32,000 nt of DNA from Marinagarivorans cellulosilyticus (lineage in GTDB: Bacteria > Pseudomonadota > Gammaproteobacteria > Pseudomonadales > Cellvibrionaceae): assembly GCF_021655555.1 (NCBI RefSeq), contig NZ_AP023086.1, positions 1,579,182-1,611,181 on the forward strand. The letters are read 5' to 3'. Positions 1-9,610 of this stretch are shown piece after piece. The first letter of the stretch is position 1; every line of letters begins with the position of its first letter. The translations under genes and the position numbers were made by a program. The notes under the pieces are model-generated. The model did not search any database and was not told the origin of the DNA. It saw only the letters and a program-made list of their open reading frames with translations.

Positions 1-1038
1 GGTGCCAACCCAAAGGTCGTGGTTATTGTCTTCAAAAATACGGCGGGTAATATTGGATGATAGCGAGCCTTTTTCGGACTCGCGGTGTTTAAAGTGGCGA
101 AAGGAATCGGTTTCGTAGTGGTAGTAATTAAGCCCGCCGCGGTCTGTTCCAATCCATAAAATGCCCGTCGAATCTAGATATAGATCTTCATGGATATCGT
201 CTGAAATACTGCGTGGGTCATTCGGGTCGTTTAAGTAGCGAAAAACTTCTTTGGTCTCTGGATTAATACGATAAAGACCTAGCGATGCGGCGGCCCAAAT
301 GTGGCCATTTCTATCGGCTTTAATGGCTTGTATGGCGTTTTCTTTTGTCGCGGAAGGGTCTTCGGCGAATGGCACAATGTTATCAAACTGCATGGTTTCT
401 TGGTTTAGCTGGCTTACCCCTGCGCTGGCGCCTAGCCATATGGTGCCATCTTTGGCGGTAAACATGTCGTAGACGGCATCGCTGATTGGAGCGTCACTGT
501 TACCTGTTGCGGTTATTTGGGTGACATGCATGGTATCTGGGTTAAAGCGAACAAGGCCATGGTAGGTTGCTGCCAGCATGTCGCCATTGGCGAGCTCTAA
601 AATACGGTTGTAGTTACCCTGGTTGAAATTTACCTGGGCGCCGTTTTTGGGGTATAGGCGGGTTAGCTCTTCGCGCTCAGGGCTGTACAAATAGAGGCCC
701 CAGCGCGTGCCTACCCATAGCCTATCTTTTGAATCTATGTACAAATCTGAGGCTTGCGATACATCACGAGGGCTGCTTTTATCTTTCTTGTCGGCCTCGA
801 TCATAATCTTTTTGAATTCGTACGCGTCGTAGCGCAATAAACCGTTGCGCCCGCCAAACCACATAAAACCATCTTTGTCTTGGGTAAAGGCTTCGACCTC
901 TCCTAAGCCAATATCCTGCTCTGCCATAATATTCTGAAAGATCATTTTTTCAGGGTAATCGGCAGCTATGGTGCTTAAAGGAAGTAATAACGTTAAAAAA
1001 CAGGCTTTTACGCCGACAAAAATGCTTGAACGCAACAT
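1..1038 (-). CDS. Partial CDS (5' end inside window, runs off the left edge): periplasmic beta-propeller (Reg_prop/two-component-regulator propeller type) sensor protein
   Basis: Reverse-strand translation from ATG at 1038 is open to position 1: MLRSSIFVGVKACFLTLLLPLSTIAADYPEKMIFQNIMAEQDIGLGEVEAFTQDKDGFMWFGGRNGLLRYD...DLYIDSKDRLWVGTRWGLYLY...GILWIGTDRGGLNYYHYETDSF...HDLWVGT. It has a signal peptide and repeated D-x-x-G-x-[LIF]-W-[IVF]-G-[TG] propeller repeats. Not in the supplied ORF track. Confidence 0.85.
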   Translation of the reverse strand, partial: MLRSSIFVGVKACFLTLLLPLSTIAADYPEKMIFQNIMAEQDIGLGEVEAFTQDKDGFMWFGGRNGLLRYDAYEFKKIMIEADKKDKSSPRDVSQASDLYIDSKDRLWVGTRWGLYLYSPEREELTRLYPKNGAQVNFNQGNYNRILELANGDMLAATYHGLVRFNPDTMHVTQITATGNSDAPISDAVYDMFTAKDGTIWLGASAGVSQLNQETMQFDNIVPFAEDPSATKENAIQAIKADRNGHIWAAASLGLYRINPETKEVFRYLNDPNDPRSISDDIHEDLYLDSTGILWIGTDRGGLNYYHYETDSFRHFKHRESEKGSLSSNITRRIFEDNNHDLWVGT

Positions 1039-1365
1039 TGTTAATTCTCGTTGATATTCATGGTTTGCTTCTGCATAGTCGCAGAAGTGGCCGTATGCGG
1101 CATGAGTAATCAGGGTTATCAATTAAAGAATAGCCGCTGTATGAACATTTGCGAAAAAGCTTATTTGTTTTTGTAATTCGTATTTTTTAATTACTTTTTG
1201 GGGAAAATAGGCAAGCCTTTAGATAAATATTGCAGCTTGGGAAGGGGGTGTTCGTGCATGCGGCTAGTTGGCGATAGCTATTTAGTGATAGCTATTTAGG
1301 AATGGCAGGCATAAAAAAGCCCCAACCGTGTGGGGCTTAGAATATTTGCGGAAGGCAAGGGCTGT

Positions 1366-2037
1366 TTAAGCCTCGCAGCCTTCTAGCTCGGCGACTATAG
1401 CGTTACCCGTGGCAGATACTGTGATATTGGCACTTTTCGTGCCCTCTAGCTTCATTCCGTTCTTCACGGCTACATCTGTCACCATGTTGGCGTCTTGTGT
1501 TTGTGCTGCTTGGCGCAATTGCTCTAGCGCATTTTGCTTACCTTGCTTCAAGGCTGCGAGCACTTTGGGGCTTTTGCGGCCTATAAACTTACCGTTTTCG
1601 AACAACTCTGGTGTTAGCGCAATACTAAGCACGCACTCGGCACTAACGTCGCCCATTTCTGCAAGCACGGTTTGCTCTGCTTTTGGCTTTGTTGTTAGCA
1701 CAATATTGGCGCTTTCTATCGCTTGCTTGGGTTCTTCGGCAGCGGCTACAGGGGCTGGCGCTTCAGCGGGTACTGGCTCTTGTGTCGGTTCTGGGCTGGC
1801 TTGTGTTGCTGGCGCTTCTTCATGCTCTGTCACAATGTATTGTGTGGCAGGGTCTTTAAGCTTCACTTTGAATTCTTTTGCTGGCGGTACTTCTGTGGGG
1901 GCTTCAGCTGAATTGGCTTTGGAGCGCTTGCCTCCCTCGTGTTCAAAAAAACAATGAGGGCATATATGGCTGGCGCGGTACATGCCGCCATTCATGGGTT
2001 TGCTACAGCTTTGGCAAGGTTTAGTTAAAGATTGCAT
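1366..2037 (-). CDS. Hypothetical protein with N-terminal CxxC...CxxC zinc-ribbon-like motif, Pro/Ala/Glu-rich linker and C-terminal conserved domain (possibly YbjQ/UPF0145-like)
   Basis: 223-aa ORF; CQSC...CPHC near the N-terminus; C-terminal segment NIVLTTKPKAEQTVLAEMGDVSAECV...NALEQLRQAAQTQDANMVTDVAV...ITVSATGNAIV. The YbjQ-like assignment is tentative. Confidence 0.55.
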   Translation of the reverse strand: MQSLTKPCQSCSKPMNGGMYRASHICPHCFFEHEGGKRSKANSAEAPTEVPPAKEFKVKLKDPATQYIVTEHEEAPATQASPEPTQEPVPAEAPAPVAAAEEPKQAIESANIVLTTKPKAEQTVLAEMGDVSAECVLSIALTPELFENGKFIGRKSPKVLAALKQGKQNALEQLRQAAQTQDANMVTDVAVKNGMKLEGTKSANITVSATGNAIVAELEGCEA

Positions 2038-2457
2038 ATTTATTCACTATTGGTTTCTGCAAAAAAGTGTGCAAATTTTAGGCTATATTGCACGCCCGCT
2101 CAAGAAGTGGCCTCACAAATTTGTCAATATTGGTCAATTATTATCGCTAATAACTAAAAGATCTAAACAAAGTGTCAATTTATTGTGCATTGATGTGGCG
2201 CTGCGGCTAAAGGCCCGAATCTTATATGGGCAACTCTAAACACAGTGGTCTTTTCATAAGAGCAGGGCAGACGTTGCTTCTGGCAGCTTTCTGCAGATAA
2301 CTGCGGTGCTGTCGCGGCCTGCATTCCAGAGCATATTAAGGTTGACCCGAATAGATAGGGGTCCACTTTATGACGGCTAGAATGCGCGATTTTCAATGCC
2401 AAAGCATTGCAAGATTTTTCATTGACATTGGCCCTAAAAATTATGGCTAGTAGTGTT

Positions 2458-2770
2458 TTTTGTGGGGGAGCCATCCGGCTCTGTATTTAATTCACTCGTG
2501 CAGCGGGCGCATGAAAAGGTATCCCAAGAAACCCCTTTATTAACGCGGGAGCGATTGCTATCTGTGATATTTTGGTTTCTCGCTTAGGTGACCCTAAGGC
2601 AGAGCAACTGGCGGTTATACGAAAGCTATCAGGCATTGCGACCGTTAAATGTCGTACCGGAATTGCGGACTCAGAAAATTAAACGGGATTCAGGCATCAC
2701 GCGGTAAGCACTTCATGAGCCTAATGCAACGTCAGGGTTACGTAGGTGTTATGGGTGTCCTCAATTATCT
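2458..2770 (+). pseudogene. Decayed/truncated glutaminase (glsA-type) remnant
   Basis: Frame 1 reads VGEPSGSVFNSLVQRAHEK (about 2461-2517). After a frameshift the sequence reads KGIPRNPFINAGAIAICDILVSRLGDPKAEQLAVIRKLSGIATVKCRTGIADSEN* (to about 2682). These match the glutaminase EPSGxxFNSxVQxE.GxPRNPFINAGAxxxCD signature, but no intact ORF exists. Confidence 0.7.
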
Positions 2771-3377
2771 CTTCATTGGTTTTCGTGTTTAATAGCAATT
2801 AGATGGTGCATACCCGTACGGTGGCGCGTTATTTTGTTTTTTGGGGTGCGTTATTTGCGCGACAAACAGGCTGATGCCTTGCTATCGATAACACGGTACT
2901 TTTTACGCACGCCTTTTGTTTCTGATGTGACATTGCTTTGCTAATGCAAAGTTAATTTGCATTTTTGGTTGTTTAACCCTCGACTTACTAGCGTTAGTAT
3001 CCTCTAAGAAATATCCGTTAAAAACTGCCCCTAGAAGGTTCCGGTTGCTTTGGTGTAACTATTCAGCGATCCCCGCCAACACACGGACCACTTTCTGGGT
3101 TGCTTAGTCATCGGCGACGTCGAGCTCCTGCAAAGTCTACCCCTGCGCAGCCATGCTAGGGCTGGGCGCTATGCGAGCGTTCTTGGTACGCGCGTGTGCA
3201 GAAAATAACCAATCTGCTTTTTGGGGAAGTATTATTTCGACGCTACCTGGCGAAACCACTTGGCCTGACTAAACCACTTGGATAGTTACGTTTTGGTTTG
3301 TGTTTTTGGCGCGCCCGAGAGTTGGGGGTAATTTAATAACTCTTAAAAATGTGAATATGTTATGGAGGGCTTTCAGT

Positions 3378-4544
3378 ATGAAGATATCAAGTCTGGGTAA
3401 AGGTCCGCTTGCTATTGCTTGCATGGGGTGGGCCTCAGTCGCCTATGCGTACGACAACCTGTTTGAAACAGGTTTTTATGAGCTCAATGAGGTTAAGCCG
3501 GCTCGTTCGGACTTGCCAAAATCGGGCGTGCAAGGCGCCGGAAAGGCCAATAGCCGGAGGCATCTTTTTGCCGCTTATTCTCCTCAATACCCACTTTGGT
3601 CTGATGGATCTCAAAAGCGCCGTTGGATATATATTCCGGGTAAAAAGAAGATTAATACGCGTTATCCAGATTCTTGGGTTTTTCCAAAGGGAACGAAGAT
3701 ATGGAAAGAGTTTTCGTTTGATGAGGCCGAAGGAAACCGAAAAATAGAAACGCGCTATATGGAAAAAAGAAAGGATGGCAGCTGGGTTATGCAAAGCTTT
3801 GTTTGGAATGACAACCAAACTCTTGCGACGGCAGCTCCAGAAGAAGGAATACAGGGTCATTATGAAATTGATGAAGGCGTGTATTACGACATTCCACCAG
3901 CCTTCGCTTGTTTGCTATGTCACGATAAGGCTGGTTTAGACGTTGGGCCTAAAAAGACGCCAGTGCTTGGGTTTTCCGCGTTACAGTTATCCGATAATCG
4001 TGACCCTGATGCTATTCATGGCGAGGCCCTAGAGCCTGGAATGATCACTCTAGAAGGTTTGCAAAGCCTTAATAGAGTGACGCGAAAGATGCCAGAAATG
4101 CCGCAAATCCCAGATTCAGAGGCCTACCCCTTGCAACGCTCGGTATTGGGTTATCTCCATACAAATTGCGGGAGTTGCCACAACGAGACTGGGCTGGCAG
4201 AAATTTCCACCTTCTCTGATTTTCACCACCCCGCCCACGCTCAGCATATTCAGCAAAACGGTACTTTTAAGACCTCCATGGGTAGACCTATCTCAAATTG
4301 GTTGATGCCAGATGGAAGCCCTGAGTTAATTATCAAACCTGGTGATTCAGAGAATAGTGCTTTGTTGTTTAGAATGAACGCAACGCACGAACTACATACT
4401 TTCAATATTCCCCTTTGGCATCATAGTGGCGGTTATTCTAGAACCGACTTGGTTAAAATGCCGTTTATTGGCAATAACCTAAAAGATACCTTTGCTATTG
4501 AAAAAATTTCTGAATATATAGATTCTTTGCCTCAGGAAAATTGA
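3378..4544 (+). CDS. Secreted protein with two c-type heme-binding motifs (TIGR03806/HNE_0200-like family)
   Basis: ORF 3300..4544. The best start is ATG 3378, with GGAGG about 9 nt upstream and a signal peptide MKISSLGKGPLAIACMGWASVAYAYDN. Motifs CLLCH and CGSCH; YSPQYPLWSDGSQKRRWIYIPGKKKI segment. Confidence 0.75.
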   Translation: MKISSLGKGPLAIACMGWASVAYAYDNLFETGFYELNEVKPARSDLPKSGVQGAGKANSRRHLFAAYSPQYPLWSDGSQKRRWIYIPGKKKINTRYPDSWVFPKGTKIWKEFSFDEAEGNRKIETRYMEKRKDGSWVMQSFVWNDNQTLATAAPEEGIQGHYEIDEGVYYDIPPAFACLLCHDKAGLDVGPKKTPVLGFSALQLSDNRDPDAIHGEALEPGMITLEGLQSLNRVTRKMPEMPQIPDSEAYPLQRSVLGYLHTNCGSCHNETGLAEISTFSDFHHPAHAQHIQQNGTFKTSMGRPISNWLMPDGSPELIIKPGDSENSALLFRMNATHELHTFNIPLWHHSGGYSRTDLVKMPFIGNNLKDTFAIEKISEYIDSLPQEN

Positions 4545-4630
4545 AGTTTAATGCTGTTTTAATCGTTTTTTGAGCTCTTGCCGTTACTGGCTAAATTACA
4601 TTTATAATTAAATTGTTATTGGAGAAAAAT

Positions 4631-5230
4631 ATGAAAATATTCGCCATCAGTGGTAGCCCGAATCGTGAAGGTAATACCTGTACTTACGGTAATCATGTGA
4701 TAGAAGCCGCAAAGAAAAACGGTGCTGAAGTAGAAGAAGTTAATATCTACGATTTTAATATCACTGACGTATGGGAAAATTATTTCGGCGACGCACTTTT
4801 CAATAAGTTTGAAAAAGCCGGAAGCGATGATATGCCTTTACTAAAGGACAAGATGATGAGCGCAGATATCATTTTGCTCATTACGCCCATCTATTGGTGT
4901 CAAATGACCGGTAAGATGAAAACGTTCGTTGATCGCTGGACTGATACCATCAATTTGGATTTTTCGTCGGATTTAGGTGGAAAGGGCTTGGCTTTGGTTT
5001 CCACGCACTCTGGGATGAACCAAATGAATTCTTCAAATGTTCTCCAAACGGCGATGGATAATACAGCAGTATTCTTGGGAATGACCTGGTTGGGCGGCAT
5101 TGACGGCGCGTCTAAAATGGAAATTACCTCAGGAATGAATGAAGGCCATGAAATTATTGCGAAGGATTTTGGCGCTAAATTAGCTCGCGGCGAAAATTTG
5201 TTGGGTATGAAAGTTGTAGGTGGCGAGTAG
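4631..5230 (+). CDS. Flavodoxin-fold NAD(P)H-dependent oxidoreductase / FMN reductase
   Basis: MKIFAISGSPNREGNTCTYGNHVIEAAKKNGAEVEEVNIYD...ADIILLITPIYWCQMTGKMKTFVDRW, the classic FMN-binding NADPH-dependent reductase pattern. ATG 4631 has SD ggag at 4621, preferred over the upstream ORF start 4613. Confidence 0.85.
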   Translation: MKIFAISGSPNREGNTCTYGNHVIEAAKKNGAEVEEVNIYDFNITDVWENYFGDALFNKFEKAGSDDMPLLKDKMMSADIILLITPIYWCQMTGKMKTFVDRWTDTINLDFSSDLGGKGLALVSTHSGMNQMNSSNVLQTAMDNTAVFLGMTWLGGIDGASKMEITSGMNEGHEIIAKDFGAKLARGENLLGMKVVGGE

Positions 5231-5377
5231 GTTTTCCCGCAAGGCTACTGATCGAGATATTGTTCAGTAGCCTCTGCTAAGCCAGGTGGCCGGTTTGTGC
5301 ACCGGCTAGTGGTCGATTTTGGTAATTAAATAGGTTTTTGGGGCAGTTTCAAGGCTGCGTCTACATCTTGCCGAGCA

Positions 5378-5388
5378 GGGGGGGGGGG
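5378..5388. repeat. G11 homopolymer in the intergenic region upstream of the MBL-fold gene
   Basis: Sequence gccgagcaGGGGGGGGGGGtgacc; 11 consecutive G. Confidence 0.9.
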
Positions 5389-5450
5389 TGACCTGATGCT
5401 AGCAAGGACTTTTCAATAATTAGTTAGATTTCAATTACAAGGATATTGGT

Positions 5451-6524
5451 ATGCTTAAGCTTCTATTGATTTTAATTACTGTTATTCCCATTTTAAGTGT
5501 GGCAGAAATCCATATTCCCGAAAGAATTCCTCCTTTGGCGGCTATTGCGCAAGGCGAGCCCATGATTGATGCTGATATAGATGAAAAAGGCTATCACGTA
5601 GCAAAGATTCATGACGATGGAGTTTACTGGATAACGGACAATAACTACCACTCTTTGGCTATTGTGCGCCCACAGGGAATCATTGTTGTAGATGCGCCAG
5701 AGCCAATGCCCTTTTTCCCCCCAACACCTGTACTGACGGCCTTGGAAGAGGTTGCTCCCGGTGTACCTGTTACGCACCTAATTTACACCCATGCTCATAC
5801 AGACCATATTGGCGGCGCTGGTGCGATTAAAGAGAAATACCCTCGTGTAAAGATTTTGGCTCATCAGGACACCAAGAAAATTCTGAAGCGAGCGAAAGAC
5901 CCTAAGCGGCCAGAGCCAAATCGCAAGTTCAAGCGTGATGTTAGTGTGAGGATTCATGGGGTAAACATTGAATTGAGCACTTTTAGGGATGCGCATATGA
6001 AGGGCAATGTATTCGTATTATTGCCTGATCAAAAAGTTTTGATGGCTGTGGATCTGGTTTACCCTGGATACGTTCCTTTTAGGCGAATGGGTGTGGCGGA
6101 AAATTTTGTTGATTGGTATGAAGGCACAAAGTATTTATTAACAAAGGATTTTGATATTTTCGTAGCTGGTCATGGATTGAGGTTAGGAACTCGAGAAGAT
6201 ATTGAGCTACAAATTGAATACGTAGATGATATTCGTAATGTTGTAGACTCTATGGTTATGGATATCAATAAGCTTAATGAAACAGTCGATTTAATTGACG
6301 AACAACATGGTCCGTATTCATCGTTCACACATCAGGCTAAATGGACCTTGTTTGGTGGTTATCTGGATGTAATTGCGCAAGCGTGCAGGGAAGAGCTGGA
6401 CAAGAAATACATCGAAGGGGAAAATTCAGGGGACAACTCAAAAGCTTTAGCTGGAGCGGAAACCTTTAATTTCGCAAACTGCGAATCTTATTTTGTTGCT
6501 AGGCGCTTAGGTGTTGATAAGTAA
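5451..6524 (+). CDS. Secreted MBL-fold metallo-hydrolase
   Basis: Signal-peptide-like N-terminus MLKLLLILITVIPILSVAEI; metal-binding motif THAHTDHIGG; further His/Asp positions (DAHMKGN, MAVDLVYPG, VAGHG). Confidence 0.85.
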   Translation: MLKLLLILITVIPILSVAEIHIPERIPPLAAIAQGEPMIDADIDEKGYHVAKIHDDGVYWITDNNYHSLAIVRPQGIIVVDAPEPMPFFPPTPVLTALEEVAPGVPVTHLIYTHAHTDHIGGAGAIKEKYPRVKILAHQDTKKILKRAKDPKRPEPNRKFKRDVSVRIHGVNIELSTFRDAHMKGNVFVLLPDQKVLMAVDLVYPGYVPFRRMGVAENFVDWYEGTKYLLTKDFDIFVAGHGLRLGTREDIELQIEYVDDIRNVVDSMVMDINKLNETVDLIDEQHGPYSSFTHQAKWTLFGGYLDVIAQACREELDKKYIEGENSGDNSKALAGAETFNFANCESYFVARRLGVDK

Positions 6525-6587
6525 CGTTAATCTGAGTTTGAACCTGTCATCGGCCGCGATATTGGCGGCCTGTTTGGCGATAAATTA

Positions 6588-7565
6588 ATGCAACAGTATT
6601 TCCGAATTTTTGCGTATGCTGCCGCCTGTATTCTACTGAATGCATTGCTTAGCTCTTGCTCGCAGGCAACCCATGAGATAGAGCCGATACCTTATCAAAC
6701 ACTAGGCGGTGAGCTTGGCGGGGCTACGACTTGGTCGGTATTATCTAACCTGTCTGAGCCGGGCCCCATCGAATTTAGTCGACACATCGCTGCGCGTTGG
6801 GTAGTCCCACGTAAAGGGATTGTGAATTTAGAGCACGAAAGCTCGAAAGAAGCCGGTCTAAAAAATGAGCCGTTGAATATTGATGTCTATTTTTATTTAA
6901 TACGCCATCCAAAATACGGATATTACTTGATTGATAGTGGGGTTTCTAAAGTTTTTAGAGGGCAAAGCGATTTGCCGGTTTACTTTCCCATATCGACTTC
7001 ATTGCCATTCGAGCAGTTAGAGGTATTAACGGATACCTACACCTTTGTTAGCGGCTTGGATGAACCTTTATCGGGAGTATTTTTAAGCCATTTGCATATT
7101 GACCATATTATGGGGTTGCCTGATATACCGCGAAACACTCCAGTTTATGTAGGGCCTGATGAAGCGAAGGACAAACGTTTTAGCCATCTTTTTGTTCGCA
7201 GAACTACAAATAAGCTTCTAAGTGGGCTTGGACCTTTGAGGGAGTGGCAAACCAGTCGTAGTGCTGGTTCGCCCTTTTCGTATGTTGATATTTTTTCAGA
7301 CGGTAGCGTTTTGGGCTTCCACATTCCAGGTCACACTCGCGGAAATATGGCCTTCTTTATAAGAGCAAAGGATGGACCTGTATTGTTGGCAGGCGACGGT
7401 TCGCACACAGTTTGGGGGTGGAATAACAGCGTTGAGCCAGGAAGCTATAACACAAATACTGAACAAGCAGCAAACTCGTTAGATCGCTTAATAGAGTTTT
7501 CGTCCAAACTTCCAGGGCTTCGGGTCTATTTGGGCCATGAATCCTTTCCTGGGCAATCGATCTAA
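6588..7565 (+). CDS. MBL-fold metallo-hydrolase, probable lipoprotein (lactonase-like subgroup)
   Basis: Lipobox-like LLSSC; SHLHIDHIMG motif; HIPGHTRGNMAFF; LLAGDGSH; GHESFPG. Confidence 0.8.
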   Translation: MQQYFRIFAYAAACILLNALLSSCSQATHEIEPIPYQTLGGELGGATTWSVLSNLSEPGPIEFSRHIAARWVVPRKGIVNLEHESSKEAGLKNEPLNIDVYFYLIRHPKYGYYLIDSGVSKVFRGQSDLPVYFPISTSLPFEQLEVLTDTYTFVSGLDEPLSGVFLSHLHIDHIMGLPDIPRNTPVYVGPDEAKDKRFSHLFVRRTTNKLLSGLGPLREWQTSRSAGSPFSYVDIFSDGSVLGFHIPGHTRGNMAFFIRAKDGPVLLAGDGSHTVWGWNNSVEPGSYNTNTEQAANSLDRLIEFSSKLPGLRVYLGHESFPGQSI

Positions 7566-7586
7566 GGCTTTAGCTTTAGCCTTAGA
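7561..7586. terminator. Putative hairpin between convergent genes
   Basis: TCTAAGGCT-8nt-AGCCTTAGA, a perfect 9-bp stem overlapping the stop of the 6588 gene and 26 nt before the LysR stop. There is no clear U-tract. Confidence 0.4.
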
Positions 7587-7612
7587 ATGAAACAGCCCGC
7601 GTGTTTGTAATC

Positions 7613-8569
7613 TTAAATAGGCTCCATGCTGCAACTACCTAATTTATTAAGGCCCGCTTTACAGCTGTTGAGTTGAAGGAACTTAGTCTTCATGTGTTCT
7701 AAAAACAGGCGGGCGTTCTTACTTAAAAAGCGTCTGTCATGGTAAACAGCGTAAACACTTCGTTCGGGGTGAATAGTATAGTTTCTCAATACTGGTATGA
7801 GTTTTTTTCTGCTTTCAATGCTGTGTTTGCAGTTTTCTACAGCGAAAGAGGGTAGACAAGCTAAGCCAAGCCCCTCTTCGGTGGCTTTGACTATTGTTCG
7901 GATATCGTTCATAAAGAATTTTCCGTTGGGCTTGATCGATTCGATATCCTTTGACTTGTTATGCTGAAACCCCCATTTCTCTTTGGCCGCTCTAAAAAAT
8001 AGACAGGTATGCGCATAAAGATCTTCCGGTTTTGAAATTGTGGGGTGCTTGGCTAGGTACTCTTCACTTCCAAATACGCAACTTTCAATATCCCATAGCT
8101 TAATTGCAACTAAGCTTGAATCGTCAAGCGGGCCGATTCTGAGGGCTAAATCAACGTCGTCCTTAACCAAGTCTTTTAATCGATTGTCACTGCATATATT
8201 CAGCTCAATGTCTCTGTGTTCTAGCTGAAATTCAATTATCCAATCTTTGAGCAGTTCTTGCGCCAAAAAAACAGGTGCTGTAATCGTTAGTTTGCCACCA
8301 GTTCCACAGGCAGAATCGGTGATGCACTGTATTGACTGTTCAATGGCATTTACATTTGTTGAGCAATGCTCAAATATCTTTAATCCAGCCTCGGTTGCCT
8401 TAAAGGTTCTTGGGTTACGGTTGATTAACTTAGTATCAAGAGCTTTTTCGAGCCGAAGTATTCTACGGCTTACCGTACTGGCGGGTAGATCTAATTTTTT
8501 AGCTGTATTAATAAAGTTGCCTTCTTCGATAACTTTAATGAATATAACCAAATCATCGTAACTCCACAT
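7613..8569 (-). CDS. LysR-family transcriptional regulator
   Basis: MWSYDDLVIFIKVIEEGNFINTAKKLDLPASTVSRRILRLEKALDTKLINRNPRTFKATEAG, a LysR HTH, followed by a substrate-binding domain. The ORF-track start at 8590 is extended; MWSYDD at 8569 is the likelier start. Confidence 0.9.
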   Translation of the reverse strand: MWSYDDLVIFIKVIEEGNFINTAKKLDLPASTVSRRILRLEKALDTKLINRNPRTFKATEAGLKIFEHCSTNVNAIEQSIQCITDSACGTGGKLTITAPVFLAQELLKDWIIEFQLEHRDIELNICSDNRLKDLVKDDVDLALRIGPLDDSSLVAIKLWDIESCVFGSEEYLAKHPTISKPEDLYAHTCLFFRAAKEKWGFQHNKSKDIESIKPNGKFFMNDIRTIVKATEEGLGLACLPSFAVENCKHSIESRKKLIPVLRNYTIHPERSVYAVYHDRRFLSKNARLFLEHMKTKFLQLNSCKAGLNKLGSCSMEPI

Positions 8570-9000
8570 CGCACATATTCCGAGCAGCACTATATATCGC
8601 GCATTCTCGGCTTAAAATCCCAAAAATGCAAATTTAATTTGCGAATTTAAGCGTGTCTATTTAACTAAGTCAATTTAGGTGGGAGAGTTGTGGTCCAGTC
8701 AATCAGCTCCTGTGTTATTGTGGTTTAAGCTATAGATAGCATGATAAATAGAATTTTGATCTACATTAAGCTAGGGCATATTGAGGTGTTTAGGCGATAT
8801 GCGCACCATTGTTTAGTTGTGTGGGGTTTTTTCTATAGGTGAGCCTGTTTACTTATTTTACGGGGCAGAATGTGAGTTAGGCGTGCTACCTGTAGCGATG
8901 TGTCGTCCTACTTCGTGAATCCATTCGTTCGTCGGCGCGGCGCTTAACCTCCGTGGACGGAGGAAATGAAAGAAGTTTCCAGAAGCAACTTATTTCCTCG

Positions 9001-9027
9001 CTCTCACAAAAAAATTACTATTTTTAG
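9001..9027 (+). repeat. Copy 1 of a 27-bp interspersed repeat core (ctctcacaaaaaaattactatttttag)
   Basis: Identical to 21522-21548. Just upstream is a hairpin cctccgt-gg-acggagg (8948-8963). Confidence 0.85.
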
Positions 9028-9229
9028 GGTGGCCCTTTAGATAATAAATAATTATGGCGTGATAATTTATATCTTGGCATTTAGAGTTTCTACGCAGATT
9101 AGTTGAGGCTATATATAATCGTTAATTGTAGTGGCGCTACCAAAATATAATTACAATTTCGTTTCAGCGATATGCTTTGAATATTGCCCAGAGTGTAAAC
9201 CTAGCGCTATACCACCGCATTTTTAGGAA

Positions 9230-9610
9230 ATATCTAATGCAGGATGAAGCGCTGCATGCCTAAACTTACATCACAACCCCCAAATCTTACCGCAGGCCCA
9301 TCGAATACTTTATCTGGAATAATCAACAGCATTGCCAAAGTACACTGGTAGCTGTTTCCCTGGTGTAGGTATCTACTGGGGCGCGCTAACCCATAGAAAT
9401 TGAGCGCCGACCGCACTGAATAACATGTGATGCAAGTCCTCGGGTATATAGTTAAGGGCGGCCAGTGGTTAAAATACCGCCGATAGATGCGTACATAAAT
9501 CCGGTTGATTAAGACCAGAAGTGCTTGCATCAAGCGCCGTATAGCTCACCTCAAATGCCTGTGTTAAAAATTCGCTTTTACTTAAGTTGGAGTGATATAA
9601 ATAAGGTTGA
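9230..9610 (-). pseudogene. Possible decayed coding remnant, family unknown
   Basis: A stop-interrupted minus-strand frame keeps protein-like composition: SEFLTQAFEVSYTALDASTSGLNQPDLCTHLSAVF*PLAALNYIPEDLHHMLFSAVGAQFLWVSAPQ*IPTPGKQLPVYFGNAVDYS. No homology is recognised. Confidence 0.25.

Noticed and set aside
1409-1957. Plus-strand ORFs opposite the 1366..2037 gene (182 aa and 62 aa)
   Set aside because: Low-complexity Ser/Ala/Gly/Cys-rich mirror translations of the biased minus-strand coding sequence.
2175-2474. 99-aa minus-strand ORF
   Set aside because: Overlaps the start of the plus-strand glutaminase relic, has no recognisable domain and is Ala/Cys/Gln rich; treated as a chance ORF.
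5289-5306. Hairpin GCCGGT-TTGTGC-ACCGGC after the FMN reductase gene as a terminator
   Set aside because: Only a 6-bp stem with no adjacent U-tract; too weak to call without transcript data.
8247-8561. Plus-strand ORFs 8040..8228 and 8247..8561
   Set aside because: Antisense to the clear LysR gene; no independent evidence.
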